64,000 bases of DNA, from NCBI GenBank assembly GCA_949422855.1, contig CASPLG010000005.1, forward strand, positions 420 through 64,419, read 5' to 3'. The position numbers and the translations under genes were made by a program. The DNA is from an uncultured Eubacteriales bacterium. Its GTDB lineage: Bacteria > Bacillota > Clostridia > Oscillospirales > Acutalibacteraceae. Below are positions 10,721 to 19,913 of the stretch, in pieces (within the stretch, counting starts at the first letter, position 1; each line of letters opens with the position of its first letter). The notes below the pieces were generated by a model, which saw only the letters and a program-made list of their open reading frames with translations, was not told the DNA's origin and searched no databases.

Positions 10721-11087
10721 AATCCTCCAAACAAAATGCGTTACTTATATAATTTATTCTTACAAGCCTTTCCTTATTATTGTATCTAACTTCCGCAACA
10801 TCAAATCTTGGCTGTAAACTTATATCGTGCTCCTGAATATAAATGTACGCCGTCTTTATTATCTTTTTTTGTTTTCTTTTGTCTATACACTCTATGCCTC
10901 TTATGATCGATGTCTCTTTACGAGTTTTAACTTCGATGAAAACTATACAGTCCTTGTCCCTACAAACTATATCTATCTCACCAAATCTACTATGATAATT
11001 AGACTCTATAAATTCCATACCTTTTCTTGTAATGTATTTTATTACGAGTTTTTCTCCGAGCTCCCCTTTTTTCTTTGCATCAGTCAT
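10704..11087 (-). CDS. YraN family (UPF0102) endonuclease-like protein
   Basis: The 127-aa product has the GEIDIV...FIEVKTR motif of the YraN/UPF0102 family. It overlaps both neighbours (4 nt with rnhB), and the rnhB-yraN order is conserved. Confidence 0.75.
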   Translation of the reverse strand: MTDAKKKGELGEKLVIKYITRKGMEFIESNYHSRFGEIDIVCRDKDCIVFIEVKTRKETSIIRGIECIDKRKQKKIIKTAYIYIQEHDISLQPRFDVAEVRYNNKERLVRINYISNAFCLEDFDEFF

Positions 11088-11710
11088 GACATTTGTCCTA
11101 GAATTTTTCTAAGAAAACCTCTTCTGTGTACAGGTGATGCCCCAAATTCCCTTATTTTTTGGATGTGTATTTTAGTGCCATACCCTTTATGTCTGCCAAA
11201 TTCATAAACAGGGTACTTACTATCAAGCTCCTTCATGTAGCGATCCCTCGTAACTTTTGCAACTATCGATGCACACGCTATAGACATGGAAAGTGCATCA
11301 CCACCTACTATGGTTCTCGTCGGTATTTTTAAATCTCTCGGTACCGTATTTCCATCTATCAGTGCAATGTCAGGTTTTACAGAGAGCCCCTCAACCGCAC
11401 GCTGCATAGCAAGGTGCGTCGCATTTAAAATATTTAATTTTTCTATTTCCTCCTCGTCTGAAAAGGCGGCACTATATGCAGCGGCTCTTTCTCTTATAAC
11501 ATCAAAAAGTAATTCTCTCTTTTTTTCACTGAGCTTTTTAGAATCATTTGCACCTTCAATTATCTCCCCGTTTTTCAGAACTACCGCCGCTGCACAAACC
11601 GGTCCGGCAAGAGGCCCTCTACCGGCTTCGTCAACCCCGCACACTACCTTATATCCCCTATCTAAACATTCTCTTTCATAAAATATCCAATCTTTCATAT
11701 CTAAAATCAC
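11084..11710 (-). CDS. rnhB: Ribonuclease HII
   Basis: The [14 protein letters not shown] catalytic motif and DSK are present. The start could instead be the ATG at 11698 (MKDWIF...). Confidence 0.9.
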   Translation of the reverse strand: MILDMKDWIFYERECLDRGYKVVCGVDEAGRGPLAGPVCAAAVVLKNGEIIEGANDSKKLSEKKRELLFDVIRERAAAYSAAFSDEEEIEKLNILNATHLAMQRAVEGLSVKPDIALIDGNTVPRDLKIPTRTIVGGDALSMSIACASIVAKVTRDRYMKELDSKYPVYEFGRHKGYGTKIHIQKIREFGASPVHRRGFLRKILGQMS

Positions 11711-11713
11711 TCT

Positions 11714-12619
11714 TTATTTGTTTTTTATTTCCGTATCAGCTACTGTTTCAAGCGTAATCCTGCCTAATTTGCCTGATCTAAACTCAGTTAAAATCATCTT
11801 AGCAGTTCGCTCAAAATCAGATGCACCCCCTGAAGCCAAAAAACCCCTGCTTCTTCCTATTGCCTCCATCATGGAATAGGGATCAATGGTTTCACCTCTA
11901 TCTATGCTGATTTTATATCTTTCACTTAGCCTATCAGGATAATTATCGCATAGAAATTTTAACAATTTTAGAGAAACATCTCCAATATCGATAACCTCAT
12001 CCCTTATCGAGCCAACAAACGCAAGATTTTGCTGCGATATCTCACTGCTGATTTTGGGCGGAAGAATACCCGGGGTGTCCAGAAGCTCCATATTTTTATC
12101 CATAGTTATCCACTGATCACCTCTCGTGACCCCCGGTCTATTCTCTGACTTCGCTCCCGACCTTTTAGATAGCCTGTTTATTAAAGTCGACTTACCTGTA
12201 TTCGGCGTACCTGTAATCATCACCTTTATCGGCCTACCAACCATACCCTTAAGTCTCCACTTGTCAATCTTTTCCTTCATAATTGACTTTATACCCTTTA
12301 TAAAAGAATCCGCTGCCTTATTTGATCTGCAGTCCACTGAAATAGCAGCTATATTTTCTCTTCTATAGTATCTTACCCACTCCTCAGTAAAACGAGCGTC
12401 TGCAAGGTCACTCTTATTAAGAACTATCAAATGAGGCCTACCGGAGATAACCCCTAAAATATCAGGATTTCTACTGCTAAGTGGTATCCGAGCGTCTGTT
12501 ACCTCCGCAACGGCGTCAACCTTTTTAATATCTTCACTAATCTGCCTTTTTGCCCTCGCCATATGACCCGGAAACCAGTTAATATTATGTCTTTCCGAAT
12601 TTTGTCTTATTTCCTTCAC
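11714..12619 (-). CDS. rbgA: Ribosome biogenesis GTPase A (YlqF/RbgA), circularly permuted GTPase
   Basis: The product has INWFPGHMARA near the N-terminus, with NKSDL preceding GTPNTGKST (a permuted G4-G1 order). The GTG start is uncertain because the SD abuts it. Confidence 0.85.
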   Translation of the reverse strand: MKEIRQNSERHNINWFPGHMARAKRQISEDIKKVDAVAEVTDARIPLSSRNPDILGVISGRPHLIVLNKSDLADARFTEEWVRYYRRENIAAISVDCRSNKAADSFIKGIKSIMKEKIDKWRLKGMVGRPIKVMITGTPNTGKSTLINRLSKRSGAKSENRPGVTRGDQWITMDKNMELLDTPGILPPKISSEISQQNLAFVGSIRDEVIDIGDVSLKLLKFLCDNYPDRLSERYKISIDRGETIDPYSMMEAIGRSRGFLASGGASDFERTAKMILTEFRSGKLGRITLETVADTEIKNK

Positions 12620-12704
12620 CTCCTCATAAACGCATCAAATGCACACTTGACCCTATCTGCTTGCACACCGCTCAATCAATACAGAAACAATAAACTACAG
12701 TGTC

Positions 12705-13280
12705 CTAATTTATAACTCCAATTCTACCAAAAGGGTATATAATAAATTTAGCTTTCCCTGTAATATTTTCATTTGGAATCAATCCCACGTCCTTAAATCT
12801 GCTATCCCTTGAATGGTTTCGATTATCACCCATCACAAAGCAGTACCCCTCAGGGATTACATCCGGTATATCATTATCCCCCTGTAATCTCATAGGTTCC
12901 CATATGTAATATTCATCTATCTTTTTCCCATCGACAATTACAGCACCTGTTGCGAAATCTATACTAAGACTTTGATTTTCCGTCGCTATAACCCGTTTTA
13001 TCAATGGCTCATTGAGATACTGACCGCGCTTTATCACCACAACATCTCCTGCGTGAGGCCGATAGTTCCATGTAAAAATTACAACCTTATCTCCATCATG
13101 CAAAGTACTATACATAGAATTTCCACTTATATTGACAATACGAAATACAAAAACGAAACCTATAACCACTAGAATTATAGATTGTATAATACATTCTAAC
13201 CATTCATAACAAAAATCAAACATGCTGCCGGAGACATTTTCTATAAATATTCCGTACATATCATCTGCTCTTCGGCTCAT
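12705..13280 (-). CDS. lepB: Signal peptidase I (copy 1)
   Basis: The product has one N-terminal TM helix, GNSM (catalytic Ser box), KRVIA (Lys box) and GDNRNHSRDSR. Confidence 0.85.
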   Translation of the reverse strand: MSRRADDMYGIFIENVSGSMFDFCYEWLECIIQSIILVVIGFVFVFRIVNISGNSMYSTLHDGDKVVIFTWNYRPHAGDVVVIKRGQYLNEPLIKRVIATENQSLSIDFATGAVIVDGKKIDEYYIWEPMRLQGDNDIPDVIPEGYCFVMGDNRNHSRDSRFKDVGLIPNENITGKAKFIIYPFGRIGVIN

Positions 13281-13337
13281 AGCTAGCAGTCCTCCAACCC
13301 TCTACAGCATAAAAACACAAATGTTAAGAGTTAATAA

Positions 13338-13910
13338 TTACTGAATTTTTCTCATTCTGCTGGGCGGCCACACTATATAAGAAGCCTTTCCTACTATATC
13401 TTCATTCTTTATGAGTCCTACTGCCTTTGAACGGCTATCCATAGAATTATTACGATTATCCCCCATTACAAAGCAGTATCCTTGTGGTACCACAAGCGGT
13501 ATCTCCCCATCTTCACGCAGCCACATAGGCTCTTTTATATAGGTTTCATCTAAGGTAACCCCATCAACCGTCACGCTTCCGGTATTAAAATCTATGCTTA
13601 ATGTCTGACCCTCTGTGGCTATTACTCTTTTGATCAAAGGTTCTACAAGATAAACCCCTTTTCGAATAATAACGACATCTCCCGATTTAGGCTTATAGTA
13701 CCACTCTGTAGCCAGAACTTTATCTTTGTCAAAAAGCGTATTCATCATCGAGTCACCTTTTACATTGATCACTCTAAATATAAAGGCCAATATAAATACC
13801 ACCGGGACAATTGCCTCCACTACTGCTTCCGTCCACTCAAAGCAGCTCTCGGTAAACTCCGTTGCTTCATTTTCAGGGCAAATTTCCCTATTTTTTGTAT
13901 TATCGTCCAT
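13338..13910 (-). CDS. lepB: Signal peptidase I (copy 2, tandem paralogue)
   Basis: It has the same boxes as copy 1 (GDSM, KRVIATE, GDNRNNSMDSR) and is collinear with it over the whole length. Confidence 0.85.
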   Translation of the reverse strand: MDDNTKNREICPENEATEFTESCFEWTEAVVEAIVPVVFILAFIFRVINVKGDSMMNTLFDKDKVLATEWYYKPKSGDVVIIRKGVYLVEPLIKRVIATEGQTLSIDFNTGSVTVDGVTLDETYIKEPMWLREDGEIPLVVPQGYCFVMGDNRNNSMDSRSKAVGLIKNEDIVGKASYIVWPPSRMRKIQ

Positions 13911-13961
13911 ACAAACTTTCCTCCTCTACCTCTACAATAAAAGGGCTCGGAGCCCTATTTT

Positions 13962-14306
13962 CTAGTTTATCTGTTCTTTCACCTTCGCCGCTTTCCCGAC
14001 CCTGTCTCTTAAATAATAGAGCTTGCTCCTCCTAACACGACCTTTTCTGATAACTTTTACACCCTTTATGTTAGGCGAGTGCAAAGGAAATACTCTTTCC
14101 ACACCCACTCCATAAGAAACTCTCCTTACCGTAAAAGTTTCGCTTACTTGGCTGCCCTTCCTGGCGATTACAGTGCCCTCAAACGTTTGAATTCTTTCTC
14201 TCTCGCCCTCCTTAATATTTACATCCACCTTTACAGTGTCTCCAATATTAAATTCAGGCAATTCCTTTTTCATAGAACTTTCAAAAATTTTTCTTAATGT
14301 TTCCAT
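13962..14306 (-). CDS. rplS: 50S ribosomal protein L19
   Basis: The L19 sequence begins at METLRKIF...FNIGDTVKV. The ATG at 14306 is preceded by a GGAGGA SD. The 39-codon ORF-track extension covers the promoter and leader and is not coding. Confidence 0.93.
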   Translation of the reverse strand: METLRKIFESSMKKELPEFNIGDTVKVDVNIKEGERERIQTFEGTVIARKGSQVSETFTVRRVSYGVGVERVFPLHSPNIKGVKVIRKGRVRRSKLYYLRDRVGKAAKVKEQIN

Positions 14307-14440
14307 AAAAATCCTCCAAAATACATACATTCGTGCATCTGCGTGCAGAGGAATGCAAATTTTACCGTAGTTGAACCCGGGACTCCCCCTAGTATCCAAC
14401 CATGCACGTACATTATAGCACACAAACTTTTTTTGTGCAA
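14307..14440 (-). promoter_or_regulatory. rplS promoter (TTGCAC-17-TGcTATAAT) plus ~100-nt structured leader; candidate L19 autoregulatory leader
   Basis: The -35 is at 14440..14435 and the extended -10 at 14420..14412. In the leader, CGTGCAT near the 5' end can pair with ATGCACG about 75 nt downstream, enclosing GC-rich sub-hairpins. An L19 leader RNA is known in Firmicutes, but I cannot score the covariance model. Confidence 0.4.
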
Positions 14441-14463
14441 CAGTTTTTGCTCCCTAAATATGT

Positions 14464-14862
14464 TTAAATTGCGTGCTCACTTACATAATTAAAAAAATTA
14501 TTTTTATCTTTTGTTTTCGCCCTGGTCGCACTTGGAATCAGCCCTCTAACCTCCAGGTTTAAGCTATACACCCAATCCCTACATTCCCTGCAAAGACTGC
14601 CATTCGTACCTATTCTCTTGCCACACCTGGCACATGTCCCCAGCACACAGCAAAACGGTCTTCGCTTTCTATACTCCCACCAAGCCTTCCATCCCGCTTT
14701 ATCATTCTTATCAGTCGATCTCTCTGCTTTTGGCACCTTGTTTTGCCATACGCTAAGTGCATCCTGTGCCTTTTTAAGTTCATCTGTTGCCCCGCCACTA
14801 TCAGAGCCACCTGCAACATATTCTAGCTTTTCTTCATCTAATTTATCCAATAAATCACCCAT
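14464..14862 (-). CDS. Hypothetical protein with double-glycine (bacteriocin-type) leader and Trp/Cys-rich zinc-ribbon-like region
   Basis: The N-terminus MGDLLDKLDEEKLEYVAGG fits the GG-leader consensus (L-12, L-7, V-4, G-2, G-1). It is followed by GWKAWWEY and CC-x5-CxxC-x10-CxxC. No SD precedes the ATG, and a TGaTACAAT extended -10 lies about 15 nt upstream, so the mRNA may have a very short leader. Confidence 0.5.
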   Translation of the reverse strand: MGDLLDKLDEEKLEYVAGGSDSGGATDELKKAQDALSVWQNKVPKAERSTDKNDKAGWKAWWEYRKRRPFCCVLGTCARCGKRIGTNGSLCRECRDWVYSLNLEVRGLIPSATRAKTKDKNNFFNYVSEHAI

Positions 14863-15099
14863 TTTTTATTTTTGTGATTGTATCATATATAATTTTAGAA
14901 AATCAACCACTCAATTCCCCAGTAGTCCCATAATAAAAGCAAGCTTAAATACCACACAAATAAAACTTATTCACATATAAATACACCCCCTAGGGCATTT
15001 TTGCCATTCACTTAATCGTCTATTTTACTTTTTATGTTCTGTAACGTCCCCTGCAAAAAATACCACCGCAAAACCTACTCAATACCAGTAAAATTCTAG

Positions 15100-15146
15100 G
15101 ATAGAATCTTGATAGAATGTGTAATTGATTGTAACTTTTTTGTAAC
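15100..15146 (+). promoter_or_regulatory. Phased direct-repeat array: GATAGAAT x2 (11-bp period) followed by TGTAAT-N4-TGTAAC-N5-TGTAAC (WalR-type box)
   Basis: Read directly from the sequence: GATAGAAT at 15100 and 15111, TGTAAT at 15120, and TGTAAC at 15130 and 15141. The last pair matches the published WalR consensus TGTWAH-N5-TGTWAH exactly. Confidence 0.4.
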
Positions 15147-15305
15147 TATTAATTTTGTCACTTTCCACAACTTTTTACCGCCCTCCCCCTACGATATTAA
15201 ATCAAAAGGCCCTGTATCTACGATATGCTTAATTTTTTATCAATCTAATTAATGTGATTCTAATTTATATCCGTGATATTATATAAAAAAACATTTTTTA
15301 TCGAT

Positions 15306-15334
15306 TTGACAACAAGCTCTTTGTCAAATAAAAT
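15306..15334 (+). promoter_or_regulatory. Sigma-A-type promoter TTGACA-17-TAAAAT for the yabE-like gene, embedded in the palindrome TTGACAA-N8-TTGTCAA
   Basis: The -35 is at 15306..15311 and the -10 at 15329..15334, about 110 nt upstream of the ATG at 15443. Confidence 0.4.
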
Positions 15335-15442
15335 AAGGGTAAGATACTTTTTTAGCTATCTGGTATATAAATCCTTAAAATTTTTAATTTTGATTTTTGG
15401 AATGCCTACCATCGAGAGGCTAAAACAAGGAGGATAATATCC

Positions 15443-16705
15443 ATGAAAGATATCGTCAATAAGGAAATTAACCGTCAGCTGCGGCGTTTGCTCGCTCTGA
15501 CCGTAATGGGGAGCCTTTCTCTGGCGACAATATTCGCAGTAGGGAGCTTCAGTAAAACCGTAAGCATCCGTGACGGCGATAATGTGGTCTCTTTGGTCAC
15601 GATGAACACAGATCTTGTTAAAATAGTCGAACAGGCAGATTTGGAGTTGGGACCCGATGACCTAGTATTTAAAGTCGACCAGCCGGACGGTTCAACCGAA
15701 ATTGTCGTTAAAAGAGCATTTGATGTGAGCGTATCTGCCAATGAGCAGACTATCCCCCTAAAATTTGTTATGGGAACAGTTTCTGATGCTATTAACTCGG
15801 CCGGTGTGATTGTCGGGGAGAATGACTTGGTAACACCTGAATTACATACGGATTTAGAACCAAATATGGGTATCACTGTTCAGCGCAGAAATAAAATTCT
15901 CATAAGTGCTGACGGACGTATTAAAGAGTATTGTGTCCCGGTCGGGGTTACTGTGAGCGAAGCTATACACCTTTTGGAAATCCCTTTATACGAAGATGAT
16001 ATCGTAGACAAGGATATGTCTGAGGCGGTTGTCAACGATATGCAAATCTCAATCGAGCGTGTGGGGTATAGAAATAAAATCACAACTAAATCCGTCCCCT
16101 ATAAAACCGTAAGGAAAAATGCTGATTATCTCGATGAGGGTAAAACAGTGGTTTCCGTAAAGGGAGTAAATGGAGAAAGCGAAATCGTTATTAAAGAAAC
16201 TCTTAAGGATGGGGAAGTTGTAGGCTCTGAAGAAGTCAAAAATAAAGTAACGGTTCAGCCGGTGGACGAAGTAATACTCGTTGGAACAAAAAAGAAAAAT
16301 CAAACTGTTCAGGTATCGACCGCTGCACCGGGCAAAACTATCCCTTCTACCGGGTCTGTAAAGGATGACAATGTTGGAACTATCAAAGATCATAATGGAA
16401 AAACTTTGTCATATTCTAAAGTCCTGACAGGTTCAGGTACTGCCTACACGGCCGATCCCGGAGCAATAACATCTACCGGAACTGTCGCAAAATATGGAAC
16501 AGTCGCTGTAAATCCTAACATAATCCCTTATGGAACAAGGCTTTATATTGTTTCAACAGACGGATTTGTATATGGATACGCTACAGCCTCTGATACCGGA
16601 GGTGCCCTGCGTCAAGGTACTGCACTTGTAGACCTCTACATGAACTCAACGCAAGAATGCTACAACTTTGGTCGTAGAACCGTAAAAGTTTACATATTAA
16701 ATTAA
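15443..16705 (+). CDS. YabE-like cell-wall protein (DUF348 repeats + G5 domain + C-terminal 3D/RlpA-like domain)
   Basis: The product has an N-terminal TM anchor, repeated DUF348-like segments, G5-like ...VTVQPVDEVILVGTKK, and a C-terminal 3D domain (YGTRLYI...ASDTGGAL..G..VDLY). A strong AAGGAGG SD is present. Confidence 0.85.
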   Translation: MKDIVNKEINRQLRRLLALTVMGSLSLATIFAVGSFSKTVSIRDGDNVVSLVTMNTDLVKIVEQADLELGPDDLVFKVDQPDGSTEIVVKRAFDVSVSANEQTIPLKFVMGTVSDAINSAGVIVGENDLVTPELHTDLEPNMGITVQRRNKILISADGRIKEYCVPVGVTVSEAIHLLEIPLYEDDIVDKDMSEAVVNDMQISIERVGYRNKITTKSVPYKTVRKNADYLDEGKTVVSVKGVNGESEIVIKETLKDGEVVGSEEVKNKVTVQPVDEVILVGTKKKNQTVQVSTAAPGKTIPSTGSVKDDNVGTIKDHNGKTLSYSKVLTGSGTAYTADPGAITSTGTVAKYGTVAVNPNIIPYGTRLYIVSTDGFVYGYATASDTGGALRQGTALVDLYMNSTQECYNFGRRTVKVYILN

Positions 16706-16727
16706 CTATTTATCGACTAGCACAAGA

Positions 16728-16756
16728 CCCTCGGGACTATAAAGCCGGGGGTTTTT
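16728..16756 (+). terminator. Rho-independent terminator of the yabE-like gene
   Basis: CCCTCGG-(10 nt loop)-CCGGGGG forms 7 bp including one G-U, followed by TTTTT. Confidence 0.6.
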
Positions 16757-16861
16757 GTAGATTCATCAGAATTCGTGCTGTTTAATCCCAATGTCCCATT
16801 CTGTTGCCCCAAAATCCCAGACATATGCACAGATAACAGAGCCCAATTCAATACTATTAGA

Positions 16862-16889
16862 GAAAAAATGCCGGAGATTAAATCTCCGA
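16862..16889 (-). terminator. Rho-independent terminator of rpoD
   Basis: On the minus strand, CGGAGAT-tta-ATCTCCG is followed by a T6 run, 27 nt after the rpoD stop. Confidence 0.7.
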
Positions 16890-16915
16890 CTCGTTACTCA
16901 GGCATAATAAACATT

Positions 16916-18088
16916 CTAATCTAAAAAGTCTTTTAATCGTTTACTTCTGCTCGGATGTCTTAATTTCCTTAATGCTTTGGCCTCTATTTGACGAATTCTT
17001 TCGCGCGTAACGCAAAATACCTTGCCTACCTCTTCCAATGTCCGTGCATGACCATCAGCTAAACCAAATCTCATTCTTAAGACCTTTTCTTCCCGTGGTG
17101 TAAGAGTATCCAATACCTCCATGAGTTGTTCCTTGAGCATCTCCTGCGAAGCACTGTCAGCCGGAGCCATGGCGTCATTGTCCGGTATAAAATCGCCTAA
17201 ATGACTGTCTTCTTCTTCTCCAACGGGAGAATCCAATGACATAGGATCCTGCGACGCCTTAAGAACCTCTTTAACCTTATCAGTTGAAATATTAAGTTCC
17301 TCCGCAACTTCCTCCGCAGACGGTTCTTGACCATTATTATGCAACAACTGACCTGAAACACGCCTTACTTTATTCATTGTCTCTACCATGTGCACCGGTA
17401 TGCGTATTGTCCTGGCTTGATCTGCTATTGCACGTGTAATAGCCTGCCTTATCCACCAAGTGGCATAGGTTGAAAACTTAAAACCCTTTGTGTAGTCAAA
17501 TTTCTCTACCGCTTTAATAAGTCCTAAATTGCCTTCCTGTATTAAATCCAAAAACTGCATGCCTCTGCCTAAATACCTCTTTGCTATACTCACAACCAAC
17601 CTTAAATTCGCCTCAGAGAGCCTTTTTTTGGCCTTCTCGTCCCCTTTTGAAATCCTAATTGCCAACTCAATCTCCTCTTCCGGCGTAAGCAAAGGCAGAT
17701 ATCCAATTTCTCTGAGGTACATTTTAACAGGGTCATCCTGACTTACTCCTTCTACACCAAGTTGTGCATCAGAAGAGTCATTAGTATCCGGCTTGATGTC
17801 AAAAGTTATATCATTAAGTGGGGTTTCATCAAATCCGTCTATTATTTCTACCCCCATCGACTCCATTGAATCATATAGCTGTTCTATCTGATCCGGGTCA
17901 AAATCCAACTCCCCCATAGCATCCAATATCTCATTTGTACTGATGTGCCCTGCGGTCTTGCCCTGCTCTATAATGTCCTTCATCACTGTTTCTTTTGCAC
18001 TCTCTTTTGCAATCTCATCTTTTTTGAGTTCGTCATTCTTTGTTCCCTGCTGAGTGATTTCCTGCTGATTTTTCATCTTATCTTCCAT
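16916..18088 (-). CDS. rpoD: RNA polymerase primary sigma factor (sigma-70/SigA)
   Basis: The product has an acidic region 1, region 2 ([39 protein letters not shown]), region 3 and region 4 ([17 protein letters not shown]). Confidence 0.95.
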   Translation of the reverse strand: MEDKMKNQQEITQQGTKNDELKKDEIAKESAKETVMKDIIEQGKTAGHISTNEILDAMGELDFDPDQIEQLYDSMESMGVEIIDGFDETPLNDITFDIKPDTNDSSDAQLGVEGVSQDDPVKMYLREIGYLPLLTPEEEIELAIRISKGDEKAKKRLSEANLRLVVSIAKRYLGRGMQFLDLIQEGNLGLIKAVEKFDYTKGFKFSTYATWWIRQAITRAIADQARTIRIPVHMVETMNKVRRVSGQLLHNNGQEPSAEEVAEELNISTDKVKEVLKASQDPMSLDSPVGEEEDSHLGDFIPDNDAMAPADSASQEMLKEQLMEVLDTLTPREEKVLRMRFGLADGHARTLEEVGKVFCVTRERIRQIEAKALRKLRHPSRSKRLKDFLD

Positions 18089-18108
18089 ATGATTTACCTC
18101 CCCCGAGC

Positions 18109-19896
18109 CTACTTTTTTACCTGCCTCAAGTTCTCTATGTAATTTTTTATTTTATCGTCCTCTACATTCTCAACATCATTTAGTCTCCTAAACTGGTTCT
18201 CGTTTTTAATAACGCAAATATATTCACTTAAATCTCTCTTTATATCTGCAGCGGCAACGTAGCTGCACATAATTTTAGTTATATACCCCGTCTCACTCGG
18301 AGAAAATTCGCCCACAGATGATATAGTAGTTACATCTATATTGCGTCCCTCGGAACTAAGCCTGCAAACTGTCTCATAAATTTTCTTGTTCAGCTCACTC
18401 ATAAATAAATCCGAACTAACCTCTTGAGATATATTATTAACCATATCCTGATTATTTATAATAACGGAAAGTAAGGCCTCCTCGGCACGTATTTCTCTCA
18501 GACTCGTCCTTTCTACGCAACTTAAATTACTCATTTTACCGGAAATATTTTTTTGTATATCTCTAAAATCGGCTTTCTCCTTGATCTTAACGCTCCTTTT
18601 TTTCATCTTATCAACCTGCAGCAGTATTAATTTTTTCTCTACCCCAACTTCTTCGCTGAGCTTACCGGCATATATCTCGCACTCAATAGGACTACTCAAT
18701 TCACAAAGAATCTTTAGACACTCATCCAGATATTTTACTTTCTCGTCAGATTTTTCTAAATTGTAGGACGATCTTATTATTCCAAGTCTGTATTCAACAT
18801 CATTAGCGGAATTCTCTATCAGATTTCTAAATCTTACACCTGCGTCCTTTCCATAAGCTTTCATAAATTCATCCGGATCCTTCCCCTTAGGAATACTGAG
18901 AACCTTTACAGACATACCGCCTCTCCTAAGTATCTTGATTGCACGCTGCGTGGCCTTTTTTCCCGCTTCATCCGAATCATACGATATTATAACTTCATTC
19001 GCAAAACGTGACATAAGTTTTGCTTGTCCATCCGTTAAAGCCGTTCCCAAAGTCGCAACTGCATTTTCAAAACCCGCCTGATGCAAAGATATTACGTCCA
19101 TATACCCTTCTGCAAGTATCAGATTATCTTTAACCTTATTTTTAGCAAAATTCACCGCAAAAATATTGTCACTCTTTTTAAAAACAATTGTATCTGACGT
19201 GTTTAAATATTTAGCTTGTCCACCCTCCATAACTCGTCCGCCAAAAGCTATAACATTGCCTCTCAAATCTATTATGGGGAACATAACCCTGTCTCTAAAT
19301 CGGTCATAACATCTCCCCCATCTGGAACTCATCCCCACATTAGCTATAATCAAGTCTTTCTCTCTATAGCCCTTCTCTTTCATATAATCTACAGCTGAAT
19401 GACCACCGGGAGGAGCATACCCAAGTCCAAAATGTTTTATTGTGTGCATCTTTATCCCACGGCCAAGCAAATAATCAAGTGCTTTTTTTCCAATCTTTTC
19501 GCACAGACAATTATGATAGAATCTCGCAACCTCTCTGTTTATTTCATAGACAAGCATTTTTTTCTTATACATGCCATCGTCCTTCTCTATCTCCGGCAAA
19601 GGCACCCCTGCACGCTGTGCAAGAAACTTTATTGTCTCCAAATAGTCAAACTTTTCAATCAGACGAATAAATGTGATTACATCGCCACCCGCTCCACATC
19701 CGAAGCAAATAAACACACCATTACCGGGATACACACAAAATGAAGCTGTCTTCTCAGAATGAAACGGGCAAAGACCAAATAAATTTCGACCTTTTCTTTT
19801 TAGGGTTACATACTCTGAAATAACTTCTGAAATATCATTTCTGTCCTTCAATTCTTGTATAAAATCGTCCGAGAATCTCACCTGACAAATACGCAC
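18109..19896 (-). CDS. dnaG: DNA primase
   Basis: The product has a CHC2 zinc finger ([16 protein letters not shown]), a TOPRIM domain (EGYMDV, YDSDEAG) and a C-terminal DnaB-interaction region. The dnaG-rpoD order is conserved. The exact GTG start (19896 or 19881) is uncertain. Confidence 0.93.
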   Translation of the reverse strand: MRICQVRFSDDFIQELKDRNDISEVISEYVTLKRKGRNLFGLCPFHSEKTASFCVYPGNGVFICFGCGAGGDVITFIRLIEKFDYLETIKFLAQRAGVPLPEIEKDDGMYKKKMLVYEINREVARFYHNCLCEKIGKKALDYLLGRGIKMHTIKHFGLGYAPPGGHSAVDYMKEKGYREKDLIIANVGMSSRWGRCYDRFRDRVMFPIIDLRGNVIAFGGRVMEGGQAKYLNTSDTIVFKKSDNIFAVNFAKNKVKDNLILAEGYMDVISLHQAGFENAVATLGTALTDGQAKLMSRFANEVIISYDSDEAGKKATQRAIKILRRGGMSVKVLSIPKGKDPDEFMKAYGKDAGVRFRNLIENSANDVEYRLGIIRSSYNLEKSDEKVKYLDECLKILCELSSPIECEIYAGKLSEEVGVEKKLILLQVDKMKKRSVKIKEKADFRDIQKNISGKMSNLSCVERTSLREIRAEEALLSVIINNQDMVNNISQEVSSDLFMSELNKKIYETVCRLSSEGRNIDVTTISSVGEFSPSETGYITKIMCSYVAAADIKRDLSEYICVIKNENQFRRLNDVENVEDDKIKNYIENLRQVKK

Positions 19897-19913
19897 CTAC
19901 CTTTCTGCCAAGA

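Noticed and set aside
14307-14423. The ORF track gives a 39-codon N-terminal extension of L19 (a 153-aa ORF).
   Set aside because: The extension contains the TGcTATAAT promoter and the SD. Canonical L19 starts at the ATG at 14306.
14464-14862. Elevated G+C (about 53% in the lines counted) was considered as evidence of horizontal acquisition of the GG-leader ORF.
   Set aside because: Neighbouring core genes (the yabE-like 5' end, ftsZ, rplS) also reach 43-55% G+C, so composition alone does not discriminate.
14863-15442. I looked for a c-di-AMP (ydaO-type) riboswitch, which often precedes 3D-domain/YabE-like genes in Firmicutes.
   Set aside because: None of the conserved ydaO blocks I remember (GGGGACCCA, GGGGUGAAUC, CCCGAAUCC...AGCUAACC) is present on either strand.
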